A stretch of DNA of 64,000 nucleotides from Perkinsela sp. CCAP 1560/9 (lineage: Eukaryota > Protista > Euglenozoa: Kinetoplastea). The notes below the pieces were generated by a model. That model made no database searches. It was not told the DNA's origin and saw nothing but the letters and a program-made list of their open reading frames with translations. Position 1 is the first letter of the stretch, and each line of letters begins with the position of its first letter. Position numbers and translations under genes: made by a program. Location of the stretch: positions 372,001-436,000 of the forward strand of contig CBFFSA010000008.1 in assembly GCA_965644495.1 (NCBI GenBank), in the 5' to 3' direction. This document shows, piece after piece, positions 41,233 through 53,336 of the stretch.

Positions 41233-42291
41233 CTACTGTTGTTTGCATTCCTTTTCGGGAGCTCCTTCTTTGTCGTTTGAAGTGTCTTTACTCGGGTCGA
41301 ATTTCGGTAGGCTAGTTGCATCATCAGGTCGAAAAATAACAGTGCCATCACCAGTGAACTGGCATCGACGCCCAGTAAAGTAATCCACCGCATGCGGTAT
41401 AATGTTGTTTTTGATTTCGCTACCAAGATCATAATCGTAATCAATTTCCGTTTCAAGTTGCTCGTATTCATCGTCTGAAATGTCTTCATCGCTGTCGATC
41501 ATGTCATCTTCTTGCGGTATGCGTGGCGGGTCAAAAAAGTTGAAAAAGGAATCGCACTTTTCTTCTTTTTCAACAACACGCGTCGTTTTCTTCGTCTTGT
41601 GTCTCTGCGTTTTCTTCTTTATTTGGACAGTGAGATTAGTAGAGCGATCAAGCCAGTCGATCTTTGTTCCTTTAGAGTTCGAAAGCACGCTCTCTCCATC
41701 TTCCAATTCCTTGTAATACGTCTTTGTTAACTTAACATTCTTAAAAAAAGGATTTGGCCGAAAGCCAAAATGCAGCTCGAAACCCTTTTCCGGGTTTTTC
41801 TCCAGGTAACAAACTGAAACATTTTCTAAATATTCCAATGCTGGTTTATCTTTGTCTTGAATATACTCGCGTAGCACATCACTTGATATCAGAGCATTGA
41901 TCCAAAAATTAGGGATCCCCTTCGCAACGCTAGTATCCTCTTGCGCGGTATTTTCTTCGACGGATTCATCGACTTCTAACAAAGCCTTTCCGCGGAGGAT
42001 TAGATCATCTGAAGGTTTCTCGTCACCCATGACAATGCGCCCTCGTTCTTCGTATGGTGCACGACAACATTCATCACATTTCATCTCAATTTCTCGTATT
42101 TTTCTATTGTATTCGTTCCGGAGATCCTGTATAGCTTTGTAGTTAGCTTTTAATGCATAGACAGTCCGCCGTTGAGGTATCGTCAATTGAGTGAGAATAG
42201 TCATTGTGTCTTCCCCTTCGCTCATCATTTCATCCATTTCATCGTACTCTTCAGAGCTGCTGCTGGTCTCCTCTCTAATTCGCATCGGCAT
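41233..42291 (-). CDS. NAP1: Nucleosome assembly protein 1
   Basis: KGIPNFW, FRPNPFFKNVKLTKTY, IDW, SFFNFFDPP, IIPHAVDYFTG, C-terminal ECKQQ. Confidence 0.95.
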   Translation of the reverse strand: MPMRIREETSSSSEEYDEMDEMMSEGEDTMTILTQLTIPQRRTVYALKANYKAIQDLRNEYNRKIREIEMKCDECCRAPYEERGRIVMGDEKPSDDLILRGKALLEVDESVEENTAQEDTSVAKGIPNFWINALISSDVLREYIQDKDKPALEYLENVSVCYLEKNPEKGFELHFGFRPNPFFKNVKLTKTYYKELEDGESVLSNSKGTKIDWLDRSTNLTVQIKKKTQRHKTKKTTRVVEKEEKCDSFFNFFDPPRIPQEDDMIDSDEDISDDEYEQLETEIDYDYDLGSEIKNNIIPHAVDYFTGRRCQFTGDGTVIFRPDDATSLPKFDPSKDTSNDKEGAPEKECKQQ

Positions 42292-42618
42292 TGCGTTGAT
42301 GTTAGGATGATACTATATATATTGCTAAATCGAAAATTTTAATACTACTGCAGCATAAATGAGGTATCCATGAATGTGCACAAGCTTGCGCATGTACAGT
42401 ACGCTAAAAAGAAAAACCAATTTGAAACAAGTGTCAAACTTCACCTAAATCGCTTGCATATAAGATTTCTGATAAAACACCCTTGAAAGCACAAATTGCA
42501 ACTACCCCAGAGATAAACGCATTTAATATCTGAAACTCCTTTACTTAAAGATTTCAATGTCATGGAAAAACGTCAAGAAATTTGCTGAATTTGTTACTTG
42601 TTAAGACCGAACCAGTTA

Positions 42619-44235
42619 TTACTGGGAAGCGCCGCGGCGACCTGCCTTCATAATCTCATCGACTAACAAAAGCTGCGAAGTTATTACCGCAGCTGCGTTT
42701 ACGAGTGCTCCTTTCACCGCAACATTGTCCCATATTCCTGCTTCCGTCGGATTAATAATGTTCCCACTGTTTACGTCCAACCCCACATACGTACTCTTCT
42801 CATTGGTTTCGAAGTCTCTAGCGTGCGCACTTTGCAATTCTATGAGGCTACCTTGGGCATCCAGTCCACTATTCTCTGCCAAAACCTTGGGAATAACTAA
42901 AAGGGCATCTGCAAAGGCACGTACACCAATCTTCTTCTTCCCATGCACGTTATCTGCTAGCTTCGTTAAGTGATGGTGACATGCAATTTCGAATGCCCCT
43001 GCTCCCGGAATGAGCGATTCGTCTTCAAGAGTATTCTTTAAACTCCGCAGACCGTCGCGAAGTGCATCCTTGACCTGTTCAATCGTATGATTGTTCGGAC
43101 CCTTCACTAGCAATGTGCCGGAGCGACACGACCGGACATCTTCCACGAATGTGTACTTTTCCTCGCCAAGAGTTTGCTCATGCACAAGCCCTGCGTAGCC
43201 CAAGACATCGGTAGTAAGGTTATCAAGTCCGCTAATTGCTTCACCACCGCAGGCACGCACGAGTCGCTCCATGTTACGCCTCTTTGCCCGGCGCAATGCC
43301 AGAATATTTTCCCCTGCCAGCATGTCGAGCGAAGGTGGATCAATGCCTTTCTGGTTAATTACAACCAAGTTTTTACCACACTTTCGTTTTAAGTCAATAA
43401 TTTGCTGAACCCTGTCATCAACAACCTTGCGCTCCGCTTTAGCCAGTGTTTCCTTCTTTAAAGGATCATCGTAATAGAAGTTCGCTCCCAGCTCAGAATT
43501 TTCATACTCAAGAGATACATTACATATTAAAATGTAAGTGTCCTCTACGCGCTTGGGCATGGCTTCGTGGCGGGCTCCGTGATCCAGCACAAGTCCATGA
43601 ATAAAAGACGTGTCCGTGGCCATTCGATGTTTCATGTGCATAATTTCAATCATATTCAAATCAATTTCACCGCCCTCTTCCCTGATTGTCTCTACCGCAT
43701 CGACCAATGCAACCGAGAGCTGTTGCGCAAATGCTTTACCGATTTTGGTACCAAGAGAGGTAAGCGCCACGTGGTGCATGATTTCTCTAGTCTTCGATGA
43801 TTCCTTTAGAAAAACCTCAACACTAAACTCCTTTATAAATTCTGTGGCAGCCTGTCGGGCGATGTCAATGCCCTCAGTAAGGATTCTGGGGTGCATCCCT
43901 TCCTGGAGGAATCTTTCGCACTGTCGGAGAAGTTCACCGATTAGAAGCACTGTACTTGTAGTCCCATCCCCCGTAATGTCGTCATTCGCAGTTGCTGCAC
44001 GCGCAATCATAATGGCGGTTGGATGTTGGATTTGCATCTCGGTCAGGAGAACATTTCCGTCCTTCGTAAGCTTTATTTGACCAGCTCCTCCGACCAGCAT
44101 TTTGAGAGTTCCCTTCGGCCCGAGGTTGCTCTTTAATACTTCATACAGTCCTCGAGCCGCAGATAAGTTGATTGCTAGGGCAGAAGCCTTGTTTGCGGCG
44201 ACCCCACCTTGATTTAAATATGACAAGCTTTGCAT
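42619..44235 (-). CDS. CCT6: T-complex protein 1 subunit zeta
   Basis: NLGPKGTLKMLV, TKDGNVLL, GDGTTS, LDHGARH, RRAKRRNMERL. Confidence 0.97.
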   Translation of the reverse strand: MQSLSYLNQGGVAANKASALAINLSAARGLYEVLKSNLGPKGTLKMLVGGAGQIKLTKDGNVLLTEMQIQHPTAIMIARAATANDDITGDGTTSTVLLIGELLRQCERFLQEGMHPRILTEGIDIARQAATEFIKEFSVEVFLKESSKTREIMHHVALTSLGTKIGKAFAQQLSVALVDAVETIREEGGEIDLNMIEIMHMKHRMATDTSFIHGLVLDHGARHEAMPKRVEDTYILICNVSLEYENSELGANFYYDDPLKKETLAKAERKVVDDRVQQIIDLKRKCGKNLVVINQKGIDPPSLDMLAGENILALRRAKRRNMERLVRACGGEAISGLDNLTTDVLGYAGLVHEQTLGEEKYTFVEDVRSCRSGTLLVKGPNNHTIEQVKDALRDGLRSLKNTLEDESLIPGAGAFEIACHHHLTKLADNVHGKKKIGVRAFADALLVIPKVLAENSGLDAQGSLIELQSAHARDFETNEKSTYVGLDVNSGNIINPTEAGIWDNVAVKGALVNAAAVITSQLLLVDEIMKAGRRGASQ

Positions 44236-44386
44236 TTAATAAATTTACAATAGTAGGAAATGATACATGCAAAAAGTGATGAAACGATAGTTAAAAGTGA
44301 CACAGAGAATGATAAACGCTAGAAACTACATACTACATAGACGTAATACACGTAGACTGTAAAAACAAGATAATAACAAACATGGG

Positions 44387-44851
44387 TCAGACGCTTTCCG
44401 ACTTCTCGTTGAACACATGAAATAGATCATGTAAATCTTGATCATTTAAAGGAGCATGCCTAACTTTCTCCAATAAATGAAGTATTCGAACTAACCACCT
44501 TTGTCGTATTTCAAAGTCTCTATCTTCATTACGTCGATGTTCTTCTTGCCGTTGCGCATAGGGTTTGAGAAAATAATTTATTTCGTAATGAAGTCTCAAG
44601 TTGTAAAGAGTAAGTGCTGTAAAAGCCGCAATCCACAAAATAAATCTAAACTTCGTATATCGGCGTTGGTACTCTATGTCTACCTCACGTAGCAAATAAG
44701 GTGCAAGTTGTGGGTCTCGTCGGGCAAACACGTCTAGCTGACGACCGATAACGCCTTCCTTCGTAGATGTATTAAGAAACGGGCGTCGGGCAGCACTCAG
44801 TACTGCGACGCTGCCTATTCGCCAAGGCAGTATTCTTTTCCGAACAATCAT
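44387..44851 (-). CDS. Hypothetical single-TM protein, probably mitochondrial
   Basis: Basic N-terminus and TM FILWIAAFTALTLY. Confidence 0.65.
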   Translation of the reverse strand: MIVRKRILPWRIGSVAVLSAARRPFLNTSTKEGVIGRQLDVFARRDPQLAPYLLREVDIEYQRRYTKFRFILWIAAFTALTLYNLRLHYEINYFLKPYAQRQEEHRRNEDRDFEIRQRWLVRILHLLEKVRHAPLNDQDLHDLFHVFNEKSESV

Positions 44852-45699
44852 GCAAGCGCCAAGGAAACTTGAATATCTAAAGTGTTCTAATTTTGATGAA
44901 AAGTAGGCAGAAATGTTTTACACGTAAAAAAATGGTAGAATTGTGTAGGTAATTTTTTCTTCGTACGTCAAAGAACTTACATAATTTCATGAACAATAAG
45001 AGGTATGGGAGTGACGTGTACAGCATTGATAAAGTGTGATCTAAAGTCGGCGATCTAGTCATTTACCGAACCATCTGCATTATATTCAAGCTTATTCTCA
45101 ATGTAAGAGTTCCGAATTCGTGATCTTTCTTGCAAGGTCTCGTATTGCGCCCTAGTGCCTTCTGTGTTTCCTATTTTCTCGATGAATTAACTCATTCCGC
45201 ACAATGTGAAAAACAGCTGTGAGCGTAATCCCGGCGAATACAAGATCTCTTCCTCGTGACTGAATGAAGTTTTGCAGTCGATTCCTAACTTGCTGAAACA
45301 TGAAAATATGCCAAAAAGGATGAAAAACTAGTTTGAGTGTCAGGATATTGGAGATTTTTTGAAGATTTGCGCCTTCATGAACGCCGGTCTATGTGTGTAC
45401 CTTGTATAGATTGTGTAATGTGTGAATAATAAAATAATCTTTCTGTATCACCACTACGTTTAGGACTTTAGAAGTATGTTTGATTACATTGTTTGTTCAC
45501 ACAAATCACCGGAGCCTGCGCAGAGAGTATGCTACTTCAAAACGGCTGTCCGATTTGCTTGGAAAGAGGAACCCTGTACTGTACTCTTTAGAATTTTTGA
45601 TATTCACAGATGTATGGTACGATGTACAATGTATGTATAAAACAACTACACCTATATCTAGCACACATTCAGCATGACAAAGACAAGAACCTTTCATTT

Positions 45700-46881
45700 T
45701 CAAAGCACCTTATCACTGGTGACCCCTTGCTCGTTGTTCTGAACCCCACCGTAGTCGACGTAAAACCACGTCTTCGGGGTGTGACTCGTTACCTTACCGT
45801 ATTTATCCAACTGTCCAGCGGCAATCAGCTTTCGCTTCTCCAGCGCCTGAGGCCCGAGACCCCAGCGTCGGGGATACACATTGCGATCCATAATCACTCG
45901 TTTCAACACGGCAACAATCCCATACTCCGCGGAAGCCACTTGCGAGGCAGTCATTTGCGCCACCCCCAAAGCAACGGCCTCTCCTTTTGACGTCAACAGC
46001 ACGATCACCTGGGAGACATCAATCCCGTTGTCATAGCGCAACACGCCCTGGACCATCAGCTTAGCGCCGTAGCACAGCGCGTTAACTGTCGTGTCCTTCA
46101 CCACGACCCGTTTATGCCGCGTAAGTATGGACTCGCACGGGGAGATCACCTGCCGCAGATACCACTCCTCGGCCTTCGTGTGGTACAGCCAGGCAGCGTC
46201 CATCACGTCATGCATTGTCACCAGATTGTCCTGCTCCGTTACGCTGCCGGTCCGGGAGCGCCGCAGCTCCTCCATGTGGGCCCCCACCCCGAGCAGCAGG
46301 CCGAGATGGACACACAGCGTCCGCACGTACGTCCCCGCCTCGCAGTCCACACGAAAGATGGCAAGATTTCGCTTCTTGTCGTACTCAATAAGTTGATTTT
46401 CGTATATCGTTCGGATACGAAGTTGCCTTTTCACGGCAGACTGTACGGGAGGGCGTTGGAAAAGTGCCCCGGTGAGTGTGTCGAGGGCGTGGAGCAACGA
46501 TCGTTTCCCACCGGGCAGGGCTCCGTGAAGTTTGAGTACAGCCATGTATTCTTTGCCCGCATTTTGTTGCGACTTCACTAAACGAGTGGCGCGATTCAAA
46601 CACACAATCAGATTTCCTGTAACTTTGGGGTCCAGTGTGCCACTGTGTCCCGTTTTTTCACACCGCAGGATGCGTTTAATCCAACTCACGACCTCATGGC
46701 TGCTGGGGTTGGAAGGTTTGTCGAGGTTTAGCATGCCGTAGTTGATGTACTCGCGGATAGGACGTGTTTCTGGGGTCCAGCCTGCTTCAATGGCGACGAA
46801 ATTTCTAGCTTTCACATTCATCGACTCATAATCGTACAAGAGGCGGGAGGAAAATTTCACCTCCTCAGGCGTGTCAGACAT
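45700..46881 (-). CDS. CBF5: H/ACA RNP pseudouridine synthase Cbf5/dyskerin
   Basis: [39 protein letters not shown] domain, YPRRWGLGP. Confidence 0.97.
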   Translation of the reverse strand: MSDTPEEVKFSSRLLYDYESMNVKARNFVAIEAGWTPETRPIREYINYGMLNLDKPSNPSSHEVVSWIKRILRCEKTGHSGTLDPKVTGNLIVCLNRATRLVKSQQNAGKEYMAVLKLHGALPGGKRSLLHALDTLTGALFQRPPVQSAVKRQLRIRTIYENQLIEYDKKRNLAIFRVDCEAGTYVRTLCVHLGLLLGVGAHMEELRRSRTGSVTEQDNLVTMHDVMDAAWLYHTKAEEWYLRQVISPCESILTRHKRVVVKDTTVNALCYGAKLMVQGVLRYDNGIDVSQVIVLLTSKGEAVALGVAQMTASQVASAEYGIVAVLKRVIMDRNVYPRRWGLGPQALEKRKLIAAGQLDKYGKVTSHTPKTWFYVDYGGVQNNEQGVTSDKVL

Positions 46882-47036
46882 TTTTAGAAGAACAGTATGT
46901 CTTATCTCTAGTCAGTAGCTTACTGATCGAAATATTTACTAAACCTGGGACGACGATGCCAGAAAAGATTATTGTTGCATGTTGATAACCAATAACATTG
47001 TTTACAAGTTTAATGACAAGAGGATACCTTTCGTCT

Positions 47037-48869
47037 TCATTTTAGTTTATTAGAATTTAGACCATGCGTAATTTTCTTAGTCCATTTAAGGTGTCGTTTA
47101 GATGCGTCTTTGCAAAATTTCGACTCGGAACGTAAACTGGACGAAAGCAAGACATCCGCATCTTGCAATTTCTCGCGTAATTTTTGAAGCTTTTGAATAT
47201 CCGACTGAATATCTTCCATGTATTTGCGCAATCCTGAAATAGAATTATTCTTCAAACGTTCGCGTACATCAAAATTCTTTACTTTAGACTCAAATTTCTC
47301 AAGCATTGAAAGAATATCTTGTCTCTTTCGCTCTACACTATTTTGCTTGAGTGCTGTTTCGTCCAAGTCGGAAGATAATAGTTGCTGCAGCTTCTGTAAT
47401 CGACCGTTCTCTTCTTCAACGCGTGATGATATAGAGTTGATATGATTCTGAACTTTTTCGCATTTAGCAAGATAATTCCTCTTCTGCTTACGTTCAAACT
47501 TTATCTGATCTAGTAATTTCGAAGTACGGCTCAATGCATCAGATTCTGTAGTCGAACAATCATGTTTCACAGAATTAAAAGTCTTTCTTAGGTATTCGTT
47601 GTTATGCCGACGCTCACGAATTGCGTTTTCTAGATCATGAAGCTTTAATCCAACGAACTCATTCTCTTTTTCAAAGCTTTTACTTGCCTCATCCTTCGCA
47701 CCACTTTCCAGCATTAGTTGTTCGTAAACACGCTTTTCTTCTTTCTCTGCAAGTAAGTATTCAAGCAAAGCTTCTTCACTGACAGCCTGGCGTGACTCTA
47801 CAGTGCGTGCAAGGTTTAAGGCCTCGTCCTTGTGAACTTCATGAAACAAATAAAGCTCCTTCTTTAGCTCTTTAGTATCGCGCTGAAGCAAAGCGATCTC
47901 CAGGTTTAGATCTGTTGTTATGAATCCTGTAACAGGGGTAGCTCGTGCCAAATTCGTCGCGCATAAGACACGGTACACATTCTCCTCGTTTCCTGTAGCG
48001 TTTACTTTTATATGAAGAAATGTGTCAGAACCATAAAGAGAACCTGAAGAATCCGTATTTGTGTAACTCGATTTTAGGTACTTGGTAACGCCGCGCTTCC
48101 GAAAAGGGAGCCGAAGCCGATGACAATATATGGCAGTAAGAAGAGCGAAAACAGAGGAAAGTGATTGTTCGGCTCTATGGTACTTGTAGCTATCTTGTAT
48201 GTTGAGTCCACATAGTGGAGGACGTGCACGCATCCCTAGAATAATTACGTCCATCTTGATATTTCTACGGTCAGGAGTAAACAGTTGACACTCTATCGCA
48301 AAGTCAATGCAGTCCTTTCTTCCACGAGAGTCTGCGGACTCTGTTGTCGAAATTACATGTTCAGTACGTTCACCAATTTCTTTGATGAGCTCATCAGCTA
48401 CTTCGTCGATGTCCATACTTGAACGAACCGTAAGAACTCCTGAAGATGCTCTTCTAAAGTATGGAATCTCGTGGAGCCGTTCGTCACTGGAAGATGGAAT
48501 AATGTAATGCTCGTTTTCCTCCCTATCGTACCCTGTACAGGTCAATTCCAAACGATAATTTTGTCCGTCTAAAACCTTTGAAAAAGCATCTCGCAACAGA
48601 GCACAGAAAGTATTCTTTGTTATCTTTTCTTCATCGCTATGCATGAAAACAACTGCGTTTCTTCCACGGGATAGAGCATGCTCTATACGGGATGTAAAGT
48701 CTCTGAGCTTTGAACTCTGTGCACCACTTGAAACACTGTTAGAAGGGAAAAAAGCCCTCGTGCGTAGCTCATCACGACCTGTGAACGCAACTCCACCCTC
48801 TACTTCCTCCACGAAGAGATCTGCTGCAGACGTGGGGAGATGTTCAATTTGTACATGAGTATGTAACAT
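47037..48869 (-). CDS. Highly divergent kinesin-like protein with coiled-coil tail
   Basis: EQSLSSVFALLTAI, RLPFRKRGVTKYLKSS and ENVYRVLCATNLAR align with kinesin alpha4, L12/alpha5 and alpha6. No P-loop, SSRSH or DLAG. Confidence 0.6.
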   Translation of the reverse strand: MLHTHVQIEHLPTSAADLFVEEVEGGVAFTGRDELRTRAFFPSNSVSSGAQSSKLRDFTSRIEHALSRGRNAVVFMHSDEEKITKNTFCALLRDAFSKVLDGQNYRLELTCTGYDREENEHYIIPSSSDERLHEIPYFRRASSGVLTVRSSMDIDEVADELIKEIGERTEHVISTTESADSRGRKDCIDFAIECQLFTPDRRNIKMDVIILGMRARPPLCGLNIQDSYKYHRAEQSLSSVFALLTAIYCHRLRLPFRKRGVTKYLKSSYTNTDSSGSLYGSDTFLHIKVNATGNEENVYRVLCATNLARATPVTGFITTDLNLEIALLQRDTKELKKELYLFHEVHKDEALNLARTVESRQAVSEEALLEYLLAEKEEKRVYEQLMLESGAKDEASKSFEKENEFVGLKLHDLENAIRERRHNNEYLRKTFNSVKHDCSTTESDALSRTSKLLDQIKFERKQKRNYLAKCEKVQNHINSISSRVEEENGRLQKLQQLLSSDLDETALKQNSVERKRQDILSMLEKFESKVKNFDVRERLKNNSISGLRKYMEDIQSDIQKLQKLREKLQDADVLLSSSLRSESKFCKDASKRHLKWTKKITHGLNSNKLK

Positions 48870-49196
48870 TAAGGTAGTTAACAAATTCTTTGGTGACTTT
48901 TTGTACTTTTGAAAACTACTGTAGATGTCTTTGGGAAATGTTCTCGCAAACCTACTTCAATAATTAAATACTTGGTCTCTCGCATAAACAATTTTCGGAG
49001 GAACATTAAGCAGTGCAGTAGTTGTGCTACACTGTTGTCAAGCATTCTGGTGAGTCATTTATCTAATTCCGGAGTGTTTGTCCGTATGTCAAGCAGCACG
49101 TAGTTTCTGCCGAAACTCGCTTAGCTAAAGCGTACGAACGCGTACGGTAAAATATTCCTCTATTTTTGTAGCATTACATTCCACAAACGCTTTTCA

Positions 49197-49958
49197 TTAT
49201 TTTTTACATTCCCTGATGCACTCATCAATGATCCACGAGGAAACGTTGCCATTGCAATACGTGTCAAGCACAGTTACACCTCTTTTATTTTTTATAAACG
49301 CAACAGAAATTGTGGCATAGCAATCAGTAAGATCATAAGCGGTGGGATTACGAATTATGACCGAATTAGACGCTTCAGGGCGGGTTTTTAGTGTATTCAA
49401 AAAGTTATCGGTACCGATCTCTTCCTTTCTTCGAACACCAAAACAATTACATTGAGCAAACCTTTCCTTTCTCACCCAGTTCAGAGCCTTTCCTGTTTTA
49501 CTGAACGGCAGTCCTGCGCTTTCTTCACTTAGTTCAAGCTCGGGAACACTTGCATTAGCTAACAAACTCGTCAAGGCATCCAAACAGACGGGTAATATGT
49601 TCCCATCGGCGTTTATTACAGTAAGTTCTATATGTAGTAAATAGACTGCTTCTCCATCAGCGACGCTTAGTTTATCTAATTCCAGTGCATCACTGGAGCG
49701 AAGGACATTCTCAAGCCTTAGAGCCAGTGCCGCATGTGAAACGCGAAGCTTATTGGCACTCGTATGCTCTGCAAAGTCGAATGGTGCAAAGACTCGAACG
49801 GTATAGAATCCGTCGTTGGGTCGCTTGGGTAGAGGAGGGCTCAACTGCCCGTAAAGTACGGCGGTGACGACTGTATTGCCTCTCTTTGAGACTGCGTTGC
49901 CGTATGTGCTACTTGGAAAAAGATTTTGTTGAACCTGGACAGGACTATGGCTGCACAT
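49197..49958 (-). CDS. Exosome RNase PH-like subunit (Rrp42/43/45 group)
   Basis: GNAVSKRGNTVVTAV, P..G, L..LSV..GEAVY.LHIELTVINADGNI. Confidence 0.85.
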   Translation of the reverse strand: MCSHSPVQVQQNLFPSSTYGNAVSKRGNTVVTAVLYGQLSPPLPKRPNDGFYTVRVFAPFDFAEHTSANKLRVSHAALALRLENVLRSSDALELDKLSVADGEAVYLLHIELTVINADGNILPVCLDALTSLLANASVPELELSEESAGLPFSKTGKALNWVRKERFAQCNCFGVRRKEEIGTDNFLNTLKTRPEASNSVIIRNPTAYDLTDCYATISVAFIKNKRGVTVLDTYCNGNVSSWIIDECIRECKK

Positions 49959-50312
49959 TAGCAAGAAACAAATCTAGAAAAAATAATCAGTTAAAAATTC
50001 ATGTAGAATTTGTACGAAACGGGAATATTAAGCCTTGTTTTGGCTTTTACACAATAAGACTATACAGTGAGTCGCCAAATGGAAGCATAGTTTTACCCGA
50101 GTTTTACCCTGTACAATATTTCGAACGACAAAAAGCGTTCATGTTCGACGCATAATTTATGAATCACGTACGAGTTTCATTATCATTGTTTACATCAGTT
50201 GCGTAGGGCTGTGTTAATGCACGATTGTACAGCACTGTATTGCATTTCAAGATCGTGGATAAATTGTTGTGTGCATTGCCTGGAATGTGGATTTTACACT
50301 AAGGTTGACGAT

Positions 50313-51074
50313 CTATTTTCTTTTTCTTGAAAGCTTCTTGTTTCGTTTGGAGCAACGCCCATGGGCCTTTAATCTTTTTAATCTTGTTAATTCAGATTGC
50401 ACATATTTTTTATTTGAGAAACTGTTCGCTTTGTCTTTGCGATTTGTCTGATACTGTCTTTTACCTCGAAAGCTATTCAACGTGTGACCTGTTGACTCAA
50501 TGTAGTCAGCTTTCATGTTATCTTCTATTAGCTTCGGTCGCGAAACAAAAGTATCAATATCGATCGATTTTGTAGACACAACAACAGTGCCGAATCTTTG
50601 TTCTGAAAGGAACTCATCTCCATCTTCTTGAGGCGCACTTGATGTTTGCTCTCCTGTAGAAATAATTCTCCCGTTGCACACTAGAGCACTGCTACCCACA
50701 AGGAATTTTGAATGCTCTACTTCACCTGAAGGTTGAAAGGTAAAATCGGGTTTAATTGGATGTTGCATCATCTCATTGTACTGCTGTCTTGCTGCTTCAC
50801 GTCTATCTTTCCGCTCTGTGCGGATTTTTTTGGTATGAGACCGACGCTTCTGCATTGATGCGTTCACACGCCTTTCGTTTTTTCGTCTATGAAATCCCGT
50901 AAGAAATTCCTCTCGAGAACTACTATCAAAGCTGATCTCCTTGGGCTGAATTGCATTCTTCTTCGACTTGCGCGTTCCTCGTGTTTCTAAGTATTTCGCA
51001 TTTCTGTCCGAGCGGAATCCTTTGCGCTTTGAATAAACTTTCTCTTCCCGAACGCCGCTTCCTATTTTCACCAT
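50313..51074 (-). CDS. Nucleolar protein Nop25/Rrp17 family
   Basis: EISFDSSSREEFLTGFHRRKNERR; highly basic protein. Confidence 0.85.
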   Translation of the reverse strand: MVKIGSGVREEKVYSKRKGFRSDRNAKYLETRGTRKSKKNAIQPKEISFDSSSREEFLTGFHRRKNERRVNASMQKRRSHTKKIRTERKDRREAARQQYNEMMQHPIKPDFTFQPSGEVEHSKFLVGSSALVCNGRIISTGEQTSSAPQEDGDEFLSEQRFGTVVVSTKSIDIDTFVSRPKLIEDNMKADYIESTGHTLNSFRGKRQYQTNRKDKANSFSNKKYVQSELTRLKRLKAHGRCSKRNKKLSRKRK

Positions 51075-51459
51075 AGTGCGGATATTACTTTCCTCATAAA
51101 TACCCAAGAAAACCAATCACTCACAAAGAATACATACACGACATAAATAAGGCGCACTTAGCTTTGTGAAAACTGGGTTTGGAAGTAACCTAAATAAATA
51201 TTATCTCAGCTCTAATGTTCTCTAATGTTCAGTATGAGTACCCAAAATAATTCATCACACAAATATAAAAGGAGTGAAATATAAAAGTAGTAACAACATA
51301 AACACTGTTGTAATGAGACAGTATGACTGCACAAAATGGTAAACTGTTATTCTTTGCACAAAAACCGCACTCGTAGTAAATTCCCCCGACAAGGATAACT
51401 ACATTTCAACAATTCCGTGTCTTAAACCAATATACGAAACTGCTATTGTTGTATACGTT

Positions 51460-52893
51460 TTATGGCATCTCCTTTCGCGCGCCCCACACAAGCGCCCCGA
51501 CCGCATTGATTGCTGTGGTGCTCGCTGCACGGTGCTCCTTCTTGAACAACAAAGCGTGGAGCAGCGATCGTCCGATTCCTAAGGTTAGAGAAATACGGCT
51601 GGGTAGCTCGACCAGGGGAGGTTGCTGTAGGCACCACACGAGTCGTAGCATATGCCGCAGCTGAACGTTGAGGGAGGCCTCTGAATAGTGTTCCGAGATA
51701 CGATCCACAAGCCGTGTTACGAGGGGAATGTCAAAGACGGGTGCCTCGGTGTGAGAGACGGGTTGTTTCTCCGTCTTCTCGGTGGCCGGGGGTATCTTCT
51801 GGGGCATTTTCACTTCCCCTTCGTAGGCCACCGACAAGAGGGCGTCAAGTATCAGCACGCAACCCTCTACAGAGATGAGGTGAAAGTCTACACGGGCTTT
51901 TTCGTTGAGCTGACGTAGAAGCTCGTCGTCTCGAATGCCTGTGACGTGGATCACGGAGTAGACCCGATGTAGATGAGATGTGTTCGCCAAAGATAAGGTC
52001 TCCTTCAGACGGGAAAGAATGGAACAAAACAGCTCATAGTTTTCATACCCTGTGCAGGCAATGGCATACTCCCACAGAGCAAGGGCACAAATAAATGGAA
52101 ACTCTGGTAGTCTTTTGAGTAGTTGGGGAGTGATAGTGTTCAGATAACAGCGGTCATACTCGCGTGATACCTGGAGCAATCGCAAAGTCTCAGTTAGGGC
52201 TCGGGTTGGTAAATCAGCAAGTGAGCGTTTTTTCAGTTCACACATTAAGATACTCATAGCCCGATTGTCCCATAATGAACAGTCACAAACATTGACAAAT
52301 TGCGTGACAAATGAGGTATAGTCGAGATCATCCATATTTGGTATCAGCTGGGCAAGCTCATAAAGTGGGTCTTCGGAGCGAATAGATATTTCTTTAGATT
52401 GTTTCGGCGTCATTCCAAGCTTTTCTACTTTCGTCTTTGCCTTTAACATTGAAAGATTTTCTACGCTCTTTTCCATATCCGCTTGCAGGGGGGAAGCTTC
52501 AACATTTACCTTCTCACTCAGACGTTCTGGTATCATAGACTGTGCGTCAAGTATGTTATAGATTTCAATCAAACCCTTAATTTCTACAGGATTTTCAGCT
52601 TTCTGAACAAAGCTGTTCAATTGTGAAAGGGCCCGAAATTTTGACTCCTCAGTTTTCTCCCTTAAGTACATTGTCACAAATGAGCGAATCCGTGCGTACT
52701 CACCGTTCAATGATAAAATTCGTGGCAGAGAAATCTTCGCTCGAGCATTTTCCGGAGGAGCCGGTGCATGCACGGAAGACAACACATCTGCTGCGCTGGA
52801 GGTTACTTGCACCATACCTCCAATGCGTTCTCCTCGTTGTGCGGTAGCTGCAGTAGCCGCAATGCGCTTGACATACAGACTTTTACACAACAT
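51460..52893 (-). CDS. Hypothetical helical-repeat protein, probably mitochondrial
   Basis: Presequence-like MLCKSLYVKRIAATAA and Leu-rich helical repeats in the C-terminal half. Confidence 0.65.
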   Translation of the reverse strand: MLCKSLYVKRIAATAATAQRGERIGGMVQVTSSAADVLSSVHAPAPPENARAKISLPRILSLNGEYARIRSFVTMYLREKTEESKFRALSQLNSFVQKAENPVEIKGLIEIYNILDAQSMIPERLSEKVNVEASPLQADMEKSVENLSMLKAKTKVEKLGMTPKQSKEISIRSEDPLYELAQLIPNMDDLDYTSFVTQFVNVCDCSLWDNRAMSILMCELKKRSLADLPTRALTETLRLLQVSREYDRCYLNTITPQLLKRLPEFPFICALALWEYAIACTGYENYELFCSILSRLKETLSLANTSHLHRVYSVIHVTGIRDDELLRQLNEKARVDFHLISVEGCVLILDALLSVAYEGEVKMPQKIPPATEKTEKQPVSHTEAPVFDIPLVTRLVDRISEHYSEASLNVQLRHMLRLVWCLQQPPLVELPSRISLTLGIGRSLLHALLFKKEHRAASTTAINAVGALVWGARKEMP

Positions 52894-53336
52894 TGCACCC
52901 GACGTGAAAGGCGTAGGAGTAGAATGGTCAAAGCTGTTCTGTTTAACAATTAAATAGAAAAAATTAGACAACAAAGAATATGGCTTGAAATCTCTGTAAA
53001 CATTGTATGGTATTGCTGAGTACATGATATCGCTGTGTACATTGTATGATGTTGCGTTGTATTAGAAGGTATTATCATTTGACTATTAGTATGTGGGAAT
53101 ACAAGTACTTACACAACATGTTAAGTACAAGTAATACTTAAGGACCTACATAACTTCAGTGCTCGAATGCGAATAAGTTTCAAATCGGTGATTTACACTG
53201 CGTATGAATATTATCCATTGGATAGTATAATGCTACAAAAATTCGGGAATGGGATGTAATATGGGGGAACAGTCTACAAAAAAGTTTATTTTTCATTTTA
53301 TGTCATGCAAGGAATTGATATATGTTTACAATGCTA

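Noticed and set aside
44860-45690. Long spacer checked for snoRNA or spliced-leader RNA genes
   Set aside because: I found no convincing C/D boxes with a terminal stem and no SL exon sequence by eye.
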